64,000 nt of DNA, from NCBI GenBank assembly GCA_963779615.1, contig CAVZZA010000003.1, positions 1,088,001-1,152,000 on the forward strand, in the 5' to 3' direction. Made by a program: the position numbers and the translations under genes. Shown in pieces: positions 1 to 10,999 of this stretch (the first letter of the stretch is position 1; the number at the start of each line of letters is the position of its first letter). Below the pieces are notes generated by a model. That model was not told the origin of the DNA. It worked only from the letters and a program-made list of their open reading frames with translations, and made no database searches. Source of the stretch: an uncultured Nitrososphaeraceae archaeon (GTDB taxonomy: Archaea; Thermoproteota; Nitrososphaeria; Nitrososphaerales; Nitrososphaeraceae).

Positions 1-56
1 TCATTTCCTTTAACCTAATGGAATGCCAAAAGGTTAAAGGAAACATTTTAGGCCAA

Positions 57-2402
57 CTAACATTGTTTTGGCACTGTCTTGGAATCCGTTTTAGTATTGC
101 CTTTTGATGGACATTGCGTGTTGATACAAAATTGCCACTGATGCTTTGTTGGAAGAGAATACATGCATTTGATAATGGGCCACCTGCATTCAGTGCAAAC
201 CTTACCAGTGTTTTTTATTCTTCCTTTTTGTGGTAATGGCGAAGTGGCAGTACATTTGTCAGATGAGTACAGAGAGCATCCAGCAAATCTTTTTTTGGTT
301 TTGTTTGATTTTTTGATGACCAGATCACCTCTGTTGCAAACAGGGCACGCTCCCAGCATAACCTGTTGCCTATTCTTGGCTGCTACAACAGATTTAGTTG
401 CTTCCAATGCACTTGTCATTTGTGCGCCTATCTCCCTTTGGTTTTCCTTAAAAAAAAATATTGCCTCTTTTAATTTATTTTTGGCATGATCTACCACATA
501 CTCGCTTTTGATTTTGCCTGATTCAATTTTTTCCAACTGTTCGTCCATAGATCTAGTAAGGCCTGTAGACACTATGTTAGGTACGTATTTTCGCATCGCT
601 CGTATTATTTCAAACCCAATATCTGTTGGCTTGATTCCGGTACTTAATGGGAGATCATTCATTTCTTTTTCCTTGGAAGGAACAACAGTATTGGTTATGT
701 AATTTCTTTTATAGAGGGTGTTAATGATTTCGGACCTTGTGGCCTTGGTGCCAATTTTTTCTTTTTCCATCTTCTCTAGTAGACTAGACTGATTGAACCG
801 TACCGGAGGCTGGGTAAACTTTTCTGTTAGGGTTATATCCACATTCTTCAACATGTCATCCTTGTGCAGTGTTGATAAAGCAATAGGCATTTCAACGTTA
901 GACATATTGGCATACGGCTTGTAAAAATACCCCCATCCCTCATACAACACCCTCTTTCCCTCAGCTTTGAAAATGTGGATATCCTTCACCAAAATGGTAA
1001 CAATTGTTTGTTGGGTTACACAAGGATCTCCAAACGTGGCAAAAAATCTTTTTGCTATCAAATCAAATAATTTGAAGTCTGCATCCTCAAGTCTACCTTT
1101 TGGTTTTTGACCCGTGGGATAAATTGCGGGATGTGCTGGATCGGTTTTACTGCCTTCATTTGGATAAATATGTTCTTTTGACAGCAACCTCATAGCCAAA
1201 TCAGCATAAGCATCGTCATCTTCATTGCCATGGATGGCATAACGAGAACGAAAACCAATTTTTGAAAGACCTGAAACAATTTTCTTGTAATTGATAGAGA
1301 CTGGAAGCTTTTGACTGGATGTTCTCGGATAGGAAATCAATGCAGAGAGATACAGTTTCTCGGCAACAGATAGGGTATAACCTGGAGAGAATTTGAATAC
1401 TCTATAGGCTTCCTTCTGAAGATCGCCAAGGTTAAAAGGATATGGAGGCTTAAGCGTTATCTTTTGAACTTTAATTTCGGTAACCTTGCCATCTTGATTT
1501 TTGCAGGCATTGACTATTAAAGTTGCTTTAGACATGGAATCCAGTTTTTGCGGATAATAGTATGCATGAAACACATGTCCATCTTTTTCAAATTCACCTG
1601 TTATTGTCCAATATGGCACAGGAATATGGTTTCTTATCTCAATTTCTTTATCCACTACGAAAGCAAGCGTTGGACCCTGTACTCTACCAATTGTCAAGTT
1701 GTAGTACATTTTACCATCACTGCTATTCTTGAAAGACTGCGTAAGGGCTCTGGAAAGGTTAACTCCATAAATAAAATCAATCATATGACGAGATTTACCT
1801 GCATCGGCTAATCTTATAATTGGTTTTAACAAGTTATCAAATGAGTGTCTTATTTCATCGTCTGTGAGAGTTGAAAATTTTGCCCTCAATGACTCTTCAT
1901 ATTTGTTATTACATGCATATTCCAAAATATTGTAGCCGATTACTTCACCTTCCTGGTCATAATCACACGCGTGAATAAAGATTGAAGCTTTTTGGGACAG
2001 TATGGATATTGTTTTTATAATTTTTTTAATTTTTTCAGACATTATATCTAAATTATTTCCTCCACTGCTTTTTTTTTTAATCGGCACCCATTGGATGTCA
2101 AATACAGGATATAAACTACGGTTCGCGCCTACATCAATCAGTCCATACAAATGACCCAACGCATAACATATAACAAAGTGTTGACCCTTTTTATTGGTTG
2201 CAAAGAAAAAAGGCAATGACATCCTTGTTGTTTTGTTATCATCACGAATCTCAGAATCTGATATGCTTTTTAAACTAGATGTTCCAAGAGCATGTGCTAT
2301 TCTTTGTGCAGCGGCAGGTTTTTCACAAATTACCAAGGCGAATGGCCGGGGTATACTAACAATGCCTGATGCGCTCAAGTCTACTATTTTATTCTCACCC
2401 AA
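57..2402 (-). CDS. topA: DNA topoisomerase I (type IA)
   Basis: TOPRIM motifs (ICEKP, ACDYDQEGE), GRVQGPTL, catalytic ISYPRT, IGTKATR, C-terminal Zn ribbons. Confidence 0.96.
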   Translation of the reverse strand: MGENKIVDLSASGIVSIPRPFALVICEKPAAAQRIAHALGTSSLKSISDSEIRDDNKTTRMSLPFFFATNKKGQHFVICYALGHLYGLIDVGANRSLYPVFDIQWVPIKKKSSGGNNLDIMSEKIKKIIKTISILSQKASIFIHACDYDQEGEVIGYNILEYACNNKYEESLRAKFSTLTDDEIRHSFDNLLKPIIRLADAGKSRHMIDFIYGVNLSRALTQSFKNSSDGKMYYNLTIGRVQGPTLAFVVDKEIEIRNHIPVPYWTITGEFEKDGHVFHAYYYPQKLDSMSKATLIVNACKNQDGKVTEIKVQKITLKPPYPFNLGDLQKEAYRVFKFSPGYTLSVAEKLYLSALISYPRTSSQKLPVSINYKKIVSGLSKIGFRSRYAIHGNEDDDAYADLAMRLLSKEHIYPNEGSKTDPAHPAIYPTGQKPKGRLEDADFKLFDLIAKRFFATFGDPCVTQQTIVTILVKDIHIFKAEGKRVLYEGWGYFYKPYANMSNVEMPIALSTLHKDDMLKNVDITLTEKFTQPPVRFNQSSLLEKMEKEKIGTKATRSEIINTLYKRNYITNTVVPSKEKEMNDLPLSTGIKPTDIGFEIIRAMRKYVPNIVSTGLTRSMDEQLEKIESGKIKSEYVVDHAKNKLKEAIFFFKENQREIGAQMTSALEATKSVVAAKNRQQVMLGACPVCNRGDLVIKKSNKTKKRFAGCSLYSSDKCTATSPLPQKGRIKNTGKVCTECRWPIIKCMYSLPTKHQWQFCINTQCPSKGNTKTDSKTVPKQC

Positions 2403-3298
2403 TTAACATAATTAAGTAATTTTGTTCTTAACAATTAGGGCAAGCCTATTACCACAATCTTTAGATTTTTATTAAAGGACATGGGCATGAAATATAATCA
2501 ACCACAGATAAGACGGTAAATGCAGTTTCTATAAAATCAAACTAAATTCAATGCAAGTGATATTTTGGGATAAAACAATATGATCAACAAATCGACAAGG
2601 TGATCAGTGTTTGCAGAGAGATAAGCAATACCGACGCATTTGAAATTGACACCTCTACCATCACACTCCAACTATCAGTGTATTTGCAATTTTCAAAAAA
2701 TTAAGGAGTCCATTTTTTTTAATAAAATAATTAATAAAATTTCTAAAAGAATCACTAGTGTAATTGCTTTGGGATGCTATTTTTGACGGTTTTGGCATTC
2801 GGCGATCTTAACTTTATCAAAGTTAAACCCTACCCCCATTCTTTTTTCTTATAATGGTTTGTTTAATGTGTCAAATTGTTAAATACCTTATATGAAAATG
2901 CAGATAATGCGTTGGATAAAAAAAACAATGACCATCAAATAAAACAGCTAATTGAATACATCAAAAAGGCATTACCTTTTGAAGATGCCGCAACAGAAAG
3001 TGGTAAATTATATTGCCATGCTGCTTGATTTACCATTATCAAGCTAATGATTAGCTTATCGAAAGTCATCCCACGATTTTCCAAGATAAGGCAAGTATCT
3101 CTTTATGCTCTTGCAGTTGTTTTAAGAACACTTTCCATGGTCTTTCAGTCCATCTCCTTTTCCGTTTCTGGCCGTTGTGTATTGCCAAGCCTTCCTGTGA
3201 TTTGCCTTGGGCTCAAATCCATGTTCTTTGGCATTTCGGAGGATTCAAGGGTTTGCGGGTTTCGCGGGAAGATGGTCATCTACAGTTAATTCTCTGAA

Positions 3299-4294
3299 TC
3301 ACCTTGGCAGCAATGCCCTGTGCATGTCCCACAGTATCATTGTGTAATTGGACAGAAATTGCACTCCGCCACCAAAGTTTCGGGGGTCACCACCCCGTGC
3401 GAACCTACAAGTTTCTTCTTCCCTTACTTGAACTTTAGAGGAATCCAGCTTTACCGGCTTGCTTGCCTCCGTGAAAACAATAGTACTCTTGCTGTCATAG
3501 TTGCACCTACCTGTCTTTGTTAGCGGGAGTTTGATTTTATCTGCAACAGATTGCTTTTTGAGCACTATCTTGTCATCGCCGGTGTTGAGCCCAAACCAAT
3601 CCTCAATTCCAGCACCAGTTGATGGGTTTATGAACTTGACACGCATCCACTGCCAACTATCTGTTGGAGTGCCATCCCTCGGCTGAAGGTCCGGCAGGGT
3701 TATCAGTTTGCTTGTGTCTGCCAACTCGGGTATCGGGACATCCCTTAGCCTGAGTGTGGTATGTTCACTGGTGTACACCATGGATATTTGTGTCAGGATG
3801 TTTTTGACATCCAGAAGTGGGTATCTTTCTGGTGGCGGGTTATCTCTGAACAACTTGTAATGTCTTTTGTCTTGCACCATAACTGGCAGGTCAATCTCTT
3901 TATCCAGTCCCACAATTTTGATTTTTCCTGGTTGCGCCTCTCTCTTGGATGAATCCTTTCCCACTCCATCAGGTCCGTATCCAAATGCAGACAGGAATTG
4001 AGGCGCCACGTCTGTAGGCCATAATGCGCCTGTGTCAAAATTGTATTTAACTGGCTGACTCCACGTGCCATCTGGCAGCATCATTTGAATTGGCAATATT
4101 GTTCTGTTTTCTGAACTTGTGAGATCGTAAACAAGAGTATTGTTAGCTGTGCCGGGTGCAGGGGTTACAGGCGGTATTATAGGTGGAGGTGTAGCAGAAG
4201 AAATGGTTAAGATAGATGATGATGCAAGCAAGAGCACCACAAACAGAAAAATTATGGAAATAGTACTTTTTTTAAATGGCTGATTAAATATCAA
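3299..4294 (-). CDS. Secreted protein, possible two-lobed aspartic-protease-like fold
   Basis: Signal peptide, Pro-rich linker, FDTGA motif and a second LNTGD motif. Confidence 0.5.
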   Translation of the reverse strand: MIFNQPFKKSTISIIFLFVVLLLASSSILTISSATPPPIIPPVTPAPGTANNTLVYDLTSSENRTILPIQMMLPDGTWSQPVKYNFDTGALWPTDVAPQFLSAFGYGPDGVGKDSSKREAQPGKIKIVGLDKEIDLPVMVQDKRHYKLFRDNPPPERYPLLDVKNILTQISMVYTSEHTTLRLRDVPIPELADTSKLITLPDLQPRDGTPTDSWQWMRVKFINPSTGAGIEDWFGLNTGDDKIVLKKQSVADKIKLPLTKTGRCNYDSKSTIVFTEASKPVKLDSSKVQVREEETCRFARGGDPRNFGGGVQFLSNYTMILWDMHRALLPR

Positions 4295-4756
4295 ATTATG
4301 GATTCCCCAACAACGCAGACTCTACCACAATATAAGGACGAAGAAACACACATAGTTGTAAATTAAATCACTTGTATATTAGAGCTGAGGCACAGTTGCC
4401 CAATCAATGAATTTTGTAACATTGTTTAGCACCCCTCTAGCGCATTTACAGTCAACACGGGGTTCACACCACCAACAAAAAATGTCGGACTGTCCTAAAG
4501 ATCATGCTATTGTTAGTCTTGATGTTTAAATCAGGAAAGCCGGACCAAAAAGGAGAGGAAACAGGTGATTTCATTTTAAATCACAAACATGCCATTGACA
4601 AAATGGGCAATACGAAATAGAATTTTTGTTTATTTGTTTTATATAATCTATAATAATTTAGATATAAGTTGTAATTATTTAATACTAATAGTTTATTTTG
4701 CATATGTATTAGAGGTATTATAAAAATTTTAATATACCAAATATTGGTTAAAACTC

Positions 4757-4948
4757 ATGACATTAAGTCTAAACTGTAAGATGGAGGCGATTCTGTTTGT
4801 ACTCATACAATGTATGGTGAAACAGAGCAAGAACTTTTAGAGAAACTCAAAAAGACATGGTATTGAAGACCACGGGTATACAGAAGAGACTTTTAACGAA
4901 AAAATTGGGAAGACATGGAGCACTAGAAAGTTAATAAAGTCTGCTTAA
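4757..4948 (+). pseudogene. DUF1059-like small metal-binding protein, frameshifted
   Basis: Reads across frameshifts as MTLSLNCK/DGGDSVCTHTMYGETEQELLE/..RHGIEDHGYTEE; C..C..H...H pattern. Confidence 0.6.
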
Positions 4949-5490
4949 TCTTTAATTTTTACATAAACTCATATTTTTTATTCTCGGTTATGAATGGCTC
5001 TGCTTAATGCATTATTATTGCCTCATCCCAAGTCAAAGTCAAACACACCCACTTTATAATCATCCCATACCGTCACTCTTCAGCATTTACACAAATATCT
5101 GAAGACAGTATTGGTCAATAGTAAATAATTGATTGAATCCACAATTAGAGTCAAATTTGCCATTGGGTCCAAAGGGATTTAAATCCTTGGGTAAATGGGT
5201 TGTAATGTTTTGCAAATCTTAAGCATTGCTATTAGTTCATTTGATGTTACCGAATTCTCAACCTAAATATGCTTTATCGGTAACAATAGAACACCAATAA
5301 TCTATGGCTATGGGGAATGTGATGAATGTTTTTGATTTGATGGATTGTTCAATTATGTATTGTTGCATAAATCATCAGAATTTGTATTTCTAAATTGGTC
5401 ATAGGTGGGGGCTAAATCTAGATGTTATATAACAATATATCCCTGTAGCTGTCGGATTGTACACATAACATACTTGCATGCTTTCATCTA

Positions 5491-5720
5491 CTATATATGA
5501 TCAAGCCATTCAGACCATGGTATTATTCCAAAATTAGGTTTTGGCTCCTCATTTAACATGGCCAAATATTCTATAAGGTGACTATCAGGGTCACGAAAGA
5601 AGACAGAAGCAGATGGCATTCAACATAATGCATTTGGCTCTTCTGTTTCTTGCCCAAAGAAGGAAAGAGGAGTATTCCATTTGACCTTAAACGTAATGTT
5701 GCATTCAGCAAATCATCCGG
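5491..5720 (-). pseudogene. VOC/glyoxalase-family C-terminal fragment
   Basis: Minus-strand translation TPLSFFGQETEEPNALC*MPSASVFFRDPDSHLIEYLAMLNEEPKPNFGIIPWSEW; has the FRDPD-H-IE VOC motif and an internal stop. Confidence 0.7.
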
Positions 5721-5765
5721 ATATTATAGTCAACTTGAGTACAGGTTGCTGAAATGGATTTCTGC

Positions 5766-7085
5766 CTATTTGTGTTTCCTTCTGCTTTTCAGACTTTTCA
5801 TATAATCAATAAAAAATGTCGCAAAGACTCCCGCTGCCCCACTGCCGAGAATCACTATTGGGGTTCCGTATGTGACCCAAAAGGCATTGAATGTCTCATT
5901 AACACTTAGTGGCGGTATTACCTGTATTGTTAAGTTTGCCGGCCCGGTTATGTAGCCAATTGTCGGGTATTTTTTGGATACCTTAAACTCGGGATCTGCA
6001 AACCCATTTACTGTGTCATTAAACATAGGCGATGTAGGTGATGTTGTTTGTATTAACAATGAAGCCCTAAAAGGTATTGTATATACGCCTAATGGTGATT
6101 GTGGAGAAACCTCTACCTTAAACAATGGGGGTTGAACCCTTTGCGTAGATACACTTAGGCCGCTAGAGCCGGCATCTGTGTCATTGTCGAAAGTTATGCT
6201 AGTGACAGTATTAGAAAATGGCGTCCCTATCTCGGCGGGAATTAGGAGCTTTTCTCCTTGCCTTATGACTATATCATTTGGGCGTGTCAACACGTCTATG
6301 GTTGGGGGAGGAACAGCAACCCAGCCTGTAAAATCCCTGACTTCGCTTGATTTGAAGGATTCTGCCGTATAAAATGACAAGCCGTAAAGGCTAGGAGAAT
6401 TTATGGAATTTAGGTTTAATCGCAGTTTAACATATCCTGGCCCCACAACAGGTCCACCAAAAGACTCTGTGTGGTTTTTCTTGGACTCTACAAGCGCAGA
6501 AGTGCCTGTTGAGGACAATTGGTAAAGATATTCGCTCCATTTTCCATCAACTGCTTCAACGTAAAAGTTGTAATTGGCTCCGTTATATCCTGAGTTTTGG
6601 GGCATGGAAACAATGGCAATAAGCACACCATACCTAATCTTTTTGAGGGGTTGACTGTATACAGAAGCATTTTCCAAATTTGTTGCTAACCAAAATGTAA
6701 CATTTAGAGTCTTTCCATCACTATGATAATGCACTGCCAGCAGGTTTGCATAGTCAGACCTTAAATGAGGACCGTCATTACCATAAGTTTGGACCCAATC
6801 ATTTGCCTGACCACGGGATTCTTTATCCGAAATTACAACCTGGTCAAACGCAGGCGATGCAGCAAAAGCCTTGTGAAAAGGCGAATTGGGGATTGATAGC
6901 AACACTAGCAATAACAACATAAAAACAATATCCATCGAAACAGACGATAAGAATAAGTATTTTTGTGACTGCAAATCTGTGTAAAGTAACCCTTTGCATA
7001 CTGAATCATATCTGACATAGATAAGGTTTTTGTCGATCCTGCAAAGTAATGGATATTCAAAGTCAAAACCAGCAAAATAAAACAA
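5766..7085 (-). CDS. Secreted/membrane-anchored hypothetical protein (likely start ~6935)
   Basis: Signal peptide ending AFA-ASP, beta-rich ectodomain, C-terminal TM helix and basic tail. Confidence 0.7.
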   Translation of the reverse strand: MFYFAGFDFEYPLLCRIDKNLIYVRYDSVCKGLLYTDLQSQKYLFLSSVSMDIVFMLLLLVLLSIPNSPFHKAFAASPAFDQVVISDKESRGQANDWVQTYGNDGPHLRSDYANLLAVHYHSDGKTLNVTFWLATNLENASVYSQPLKKIRYGVLIAIVSMPQNSGYNGANYNFYVEAVDGKWSEYLYQLSSTGTSALVESKKNHTESFGGPVVGPGYVKLRLNLNSINSPSLYGLSFYTAESFKSSEVRDFTGWVAVPPPTIDVLTRPNDIVIRQGEKLLIPAEIGTPFSNTVTSITFDNDTDAGSSGLSVSTQRVQPPLFKVEVSPQSPLGVYTIPFRASLLIQTTSPTSPMFNDTVNGFADPEFKVSKKYPTIGYITGPANLTIQVIPPLSVNETFNAFWVTYGTPIVILGSGAAGVFATFFIDYMKSLKSRRKHK

Positions 7086-7181
7086 GCTTACCCCTGAAGC
7101 ATTTTTTCAATTAATTACTGTTAATGCCCTGTTGTCAAATATTTAGAAACCTTTGAATATGTTTGTTGATCCATTATTCAG

Positions 7182-7579
7182 CTAATCATCATACAATCTC
7201 CATGGAATTACTTTACCCGGATTATTGTAATGTTCATTGCACAACCACCTAAAGAAGAATTTTATATGGTTGAAATAGTGGTTCCATACTGCTATCCATT
7301 TCTTTTCAGTGTCCATTTCTGAAGGTTTCATTTTGTTGTCTAGGAAACTTGTTACATCACCCCTTTTGATACCCCTAAGATATTTTCTGATTTCTGATTG
7401 AAGATTGAAAAAACCTTTCAAAATCAATAATAACTTTAAGGTTGTTTATGATGTGCCTTTCACTGGAGTTATTGTTCTTCATAAACTCATAGAACTGGCC
7501 AATCAATTCGGCATTTTCTATATTTGATAAAGTGCCTACTTGACTTGGTAATGTACTTGGTTTAATAGGAATTTTTCAT
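7182..7579 (-). pseudogene. N-terminal fragment of a tyrosine integrase (second family)
   Basis: NAELIGQFYEFMKNNNSSERHIINNLKVIIDF / VTSFLDNKMKPSEMDTEKKWIAVWNHYFNHIKFFFRWL resembles the N-terminal domain of Nitrososphaeraceae integrases (recognised from memory); frameshifted, no catalytic domain. Confidence 0.65.
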
Positions 7580-7634
7580 CAGCTCTCCTGTTATCTTTGT
7601 ATAACTATTGAAATATTTCAAACCGTTTCCTATA

Positions 7635-7660
7635 TGGGCCAAAAAAGGATTTGAACCCCC
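7635..7660 (-). repeat. Degenerate tRNA 3'-end-like (att-like) fragment, not tRNA-Gly
   Basis: Minus strand GGGGGTTCAAATCCTTTTTTGGCCCA (T-loop plus acceptor-like end) directly upstream of the integrase relic; similar sequence at 5164-5190. Confidence 0.4.
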
Positions 7661-8016
7661 TACACATAAATTGGTTCAATAGGGTAGTAACAAAAGAATG
7701 AGAATTTATCTGCGGATAATTGCAGGCCATTTTGCAATAGACATGAAACGGGTGTCTTAATCGCGAGGTTAAAAATTTGTGATCTTTCGCCACCATCATA
7801 AGAAAGTATAAGGGAGGAACATTAAAAACAAAGTCACATCATACTATATCGCACAAACACAAAATTCCCTAGTTTTCTTTTGATAGCCTTATTTAAAAAA
7901 AAAATTTACACATAATACAATACGCTATATCAATTTCTTATCCTTAGATTTACAATTAGGCTGTAAACATGATTGACGGTATATAAAACCTATCATAAAA
8001 TATTATATTAATACAT

Positions 8017-8982
8017 TTGACTCAAACTAGACAAACCAATCCTTCTTTTGGTATATTGATACACGGTGGAACAAAAACTGAAAAAGTTGGAAAAGCAGAT
8101 GAAAAAGAGGAAATCAAAAAGTCACTCAAATCTTCCGTATCAAGCGGTTTTGACCTATTAAAAAAAGGCAAAAGTGCAGTTGATTCAGTGGAAGCATCTG
8201 TAGCAGTCATGGAGGATAGCGGAGCTTTTAATGCAGGAGTGGGTTCATGCCTTACCATCGACAAAAAGGTAGAGATGGATGCATCCATCATGGATGGGAG
8301 AGACCTTTCTGCAGGCAGTGTAGGAATGGTGCAAGGTGTACAAAATCCAATCAAACTAGCAAGGCAAGTTATGGAACGCACCGATCACGTAATGATAGTG
8401 TCTGATGGCGCATTGAGGCTCGCAGAACTCTTGGATATAAATATCAGGCAGCATGAACCCAGCCAAAAAATAATAGATAAATTCAACAATCTCAAAAAGT
8501 CTACTAATAATAAATGGGAAAGGAACAATGACCTAATAACCAATTCCTCGAATAATAATTCTCTTGATAAAGACCATGGCACAGTGGGAGCTGTTGCAAT
8601 AGACAAAGATGGAAATGTAGCTTCAGGTGTATCTACCGGTGGAAGGTGGCTCAAGATGCGGGGCAGAATTGGAGACTCCGCAATCATTGGTGGAGGATTT
8701 TATGCAGACAATAGATTAGGGGCAGCATGTGCTACTGGAAAGGGTGAATTCATCATGAGAATCTGTTTGTGCAAATATGCTTGCGACCAGATGCAATTTA
8801 AAAATGCACTTTTTTCAAGCAAGAAATCAATTGCATCATTAACCAAGAGGTTTGGAAAAAACACAGGCGGAATAATCACGGTCGACACCAAAGGCCATTT
8901 TGGCATAGCATTCAATACAAACTATATGCCAGTAGCATTCATCAATAGCAAAAACGAAAAGATGAATATCTCTATTGAATAA
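8017..8982 (+). CDS. iaaA: Isoaspartyl peptidase / L-asparaginase (Ntn hydrolase)
   Basis: LIHGG, FNAGVG, EMDASIMDG, autocleavage HG/TVGAVA, STGG, GRIGDS, TGKGE. Confidence 0.93.
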   Translation: MTQTRQTNPSFGILIHGGTKTEKVGKADEKEEIKKSLKSSVSSGFDLLKKGKSAVDSVEASVAVMEDSGAFNAGVGSCLTIDKKVEMDASIMDGRDLSAGSVGMVQGVQNPIKLARQVMERTDHVMIVSDGALRLAELLDINIRQHEPSQKIIDKFNNLKKSTNNKWERNNDLITNSSNNNSLDKDHGTVGAVAIDKDGNVASGVSTGGRWLKMRGRIGDSAIIGGGFYADNRLGAACATGKGEFIMRICLCKYACDQMQFKNALFSSKKSIASLTKRFGKNTGGIITVDTKGHFGIAFNTNYMPVAFINSKNEKMNISIE

Positions 8983-9829
8983 AAACCAAAACTCATTTAA
9001 ATAAATAGATAGATAGATAGATAGATGCCAATCCAGAAAGATAATTCACATTAACAGCTTTATATAATGCATATTTTAATTCGGGGATTATTACCCCATT
9101 ATCAATGTCAATCATAATTATCGATCAGGCGCATTTGTATTTCCATTCATGTATTCATGTAACTATAAACCGGCATTGAGAAGTTATTGGTCGCTATAGA
9201 CGATTATTGAGCGGTTTTTGTACATTTACACTTATAGTCATTGAAGACGTGGGTAGCATTCAAAATCAAAAAAATTAATGCCTTTCTTATTATATGTTCA
9301 TTTGGTATGCATACAATCATCAAACAATATTAAGATGATAATCCCATTAGTTAGTATCAGTTTTTCATATTCCTTATTTTTACTATGATGCTAAATGAAT
9401 ATTTAAAATAACAGATTTAAATTTTATTTATAAACACAGACATAATGTAGTATATGGAATTAGGAACACATTTTGCCTCTACTAATGAAAATCAATCCGT
9501 TCTTAAGAATCCTAACTAGAAAAAAATTAAAAAGCAAATATGCTGATGCTCTTTTCGATTTCAAATATTGTCAAAATATAACTAAAGGTATTAAACGTTA
9601 TAAAAAAAAAGATCCTTGCAACTGTAAGAATATATTTTACACTGTAGCATAGTTTTTTGTTGGGTCGGAAAATTGATTTTTTTGCAATTTTGTTTAAAGA
9701 AATGTTTTTTGAGATTCTGTTAAGTTAAATGCTCCCTTAAAATCATTCAGGGTTAGTTGAAAATACAGGTAGAATTAGTGTTGTTGAGAGTATTGCTATT
9801 GATGTGGGGTTAGATGATGAGGATGATGT

Positions 9830-10999
9830 TTATGATGCGGGCAGTATTATTGATGGCGTGTCAGATGATGTTGTTGGTGGTGTTGTGGATACGGTTAATG
9901 TTGGATTAGTTGCTGTGAATGCTGTTGATGCCAGTTTATCTGCTGTGGATGCTAGTTTATCTGCTGTGGATTCCAGGTCATCTGCTGTGGATGCTAGTTT
10001 AGGTACTGTTAGTGTTAGTTTAGCCGATGCCTCAGCTGTCATTGTGGAGTTGTTTGCTGCTGCTGATTCAGATGCTGCTAATGTCTGTTTAGCCGCTGTG
10101 GATGTCTGTTTAGCCGCTGTGGATGTCTGTTTAGCCGCTGTGGATGTCTGTTTAGCCGCTGTGGATGTCTGTTTAGCCGCTGTGGATATCAGGTCTTCTG
10201 CTGCTGCTTCAGCCGCTGTGGATGTCTGTTTAGCCGCTGTGGACTCCAGGTTAGCCGCTGTGGATGTCAGGTTAGCCGCTGTGGACTCCAGGTTAGCCGC
10301 TGCTGCTGATATTTTATCTGCTGTGGATGTTAGTTTAGGTACTGTTAGTGTTAGTTTAGCCCCTGCTGCTGCTGTGGATGTCAGTTTAGTTGCCGCTGCT
10401 GCTGTTGATGATAAGTTGGCTGCGGTTGATGCCAGTTTATCTGCTGTGGATGCTAGTTTAGGTACTGTTAGTGTTAGTTTAGCCGCTGTTAGTGTTAATT
10501 TATCTGCTGTTAGTGCTAAGTTGTTTGTTGCTGACGTTGAGTTTGCCGCTGTTACGGTATTCACTGCCGATGGCGTTGAGTTTGCCGCTGTTACGGTATT
10601 CACTGCCGATGGCGTTGAGTTTGCCGCTGTTACGGTATTCACTGCTGTTGATGCTGTTTTATCAATACTTGCTATTTTTTTGGATGGATTATTTTCCCCG
10701 CTGCTGTCGTCGCCTCCGTCACTGCTGCTGCTGCTGTCGCCTCCGTCACTGCTGCTGCTGCTGTCGTCGCCTCCGTCACTGCTGCTGCTGCTGTCGTCGC
10801 CTCCGTCACTGCTGCTGCTGCTGTCGTCGCCTCCGTCACTGCTGCTGCTGCTGCTGTCGCCTCCGTCACTGCTGCTGCTGTCGCCTTCTGATTGTGCAAT
10901 TACTAAATTATTGACAGCACCAGCACTCATAATGCAAAAAATGGAAATGATTAAAACGCTTAAAACTATTTTTACTCTTAGCATGTTTTTATAGTACAT
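9830..10999 (-). CDS. Secreted Ser/Thr/Ala-rich repeat protein
   Basis: Signal peptide; (SSSSSDGGDD)n, (AVNTVTAANSTPS)x~3 and heptad STAAKQT/STADKLA repeats. Confidence 0.8.
   Translation of the reverse strand: MYYKNMLRVKIVLSVLIISIFCIMSAGAVNNLVIAQSEGDSSSSDGGDSSSSSSDGGDDSSSSSDGGDDSSSSSDGGDDSSSSSDGGDSSSSSDGGDDSSGENNPSKKIASIDKTASTAVNTVTAANSTPSAVNTVTAANSTPSAVNTVTAANSTSATNNLALTADKLTLTAAKLTLTVPKLASTADKLASTAANLSSTAAAATKLTSTAAAGAKLTLTVPKLTSTADKISAAAANLESTAANLTSTAANLESTAAKQTSTAAEAAAEDLISTAAKQTSTAAKQTSTAAKQTSTAAKQTSTAAKQTLAASESAAANNSTMTAEASAKLTLTVPKLASTADDLESTADKLASTADKLASTAFTATNPTLTVSTTPPTTSSDTPSIILPAS

Noticed and set aside
9006-9026. (TAGA)5 microsatellite and the 15-bp tandem at 15973-16004
   Set aside because: Short slippage repeats with no supporting context
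9804-10994. 396-aa plus-strand ORF and poly-Cys ORF (10492-10914)
   Set aside because: Antisense or alternate-frame shadows of the repeat protein; only the minus-strand frame has a signal peptide
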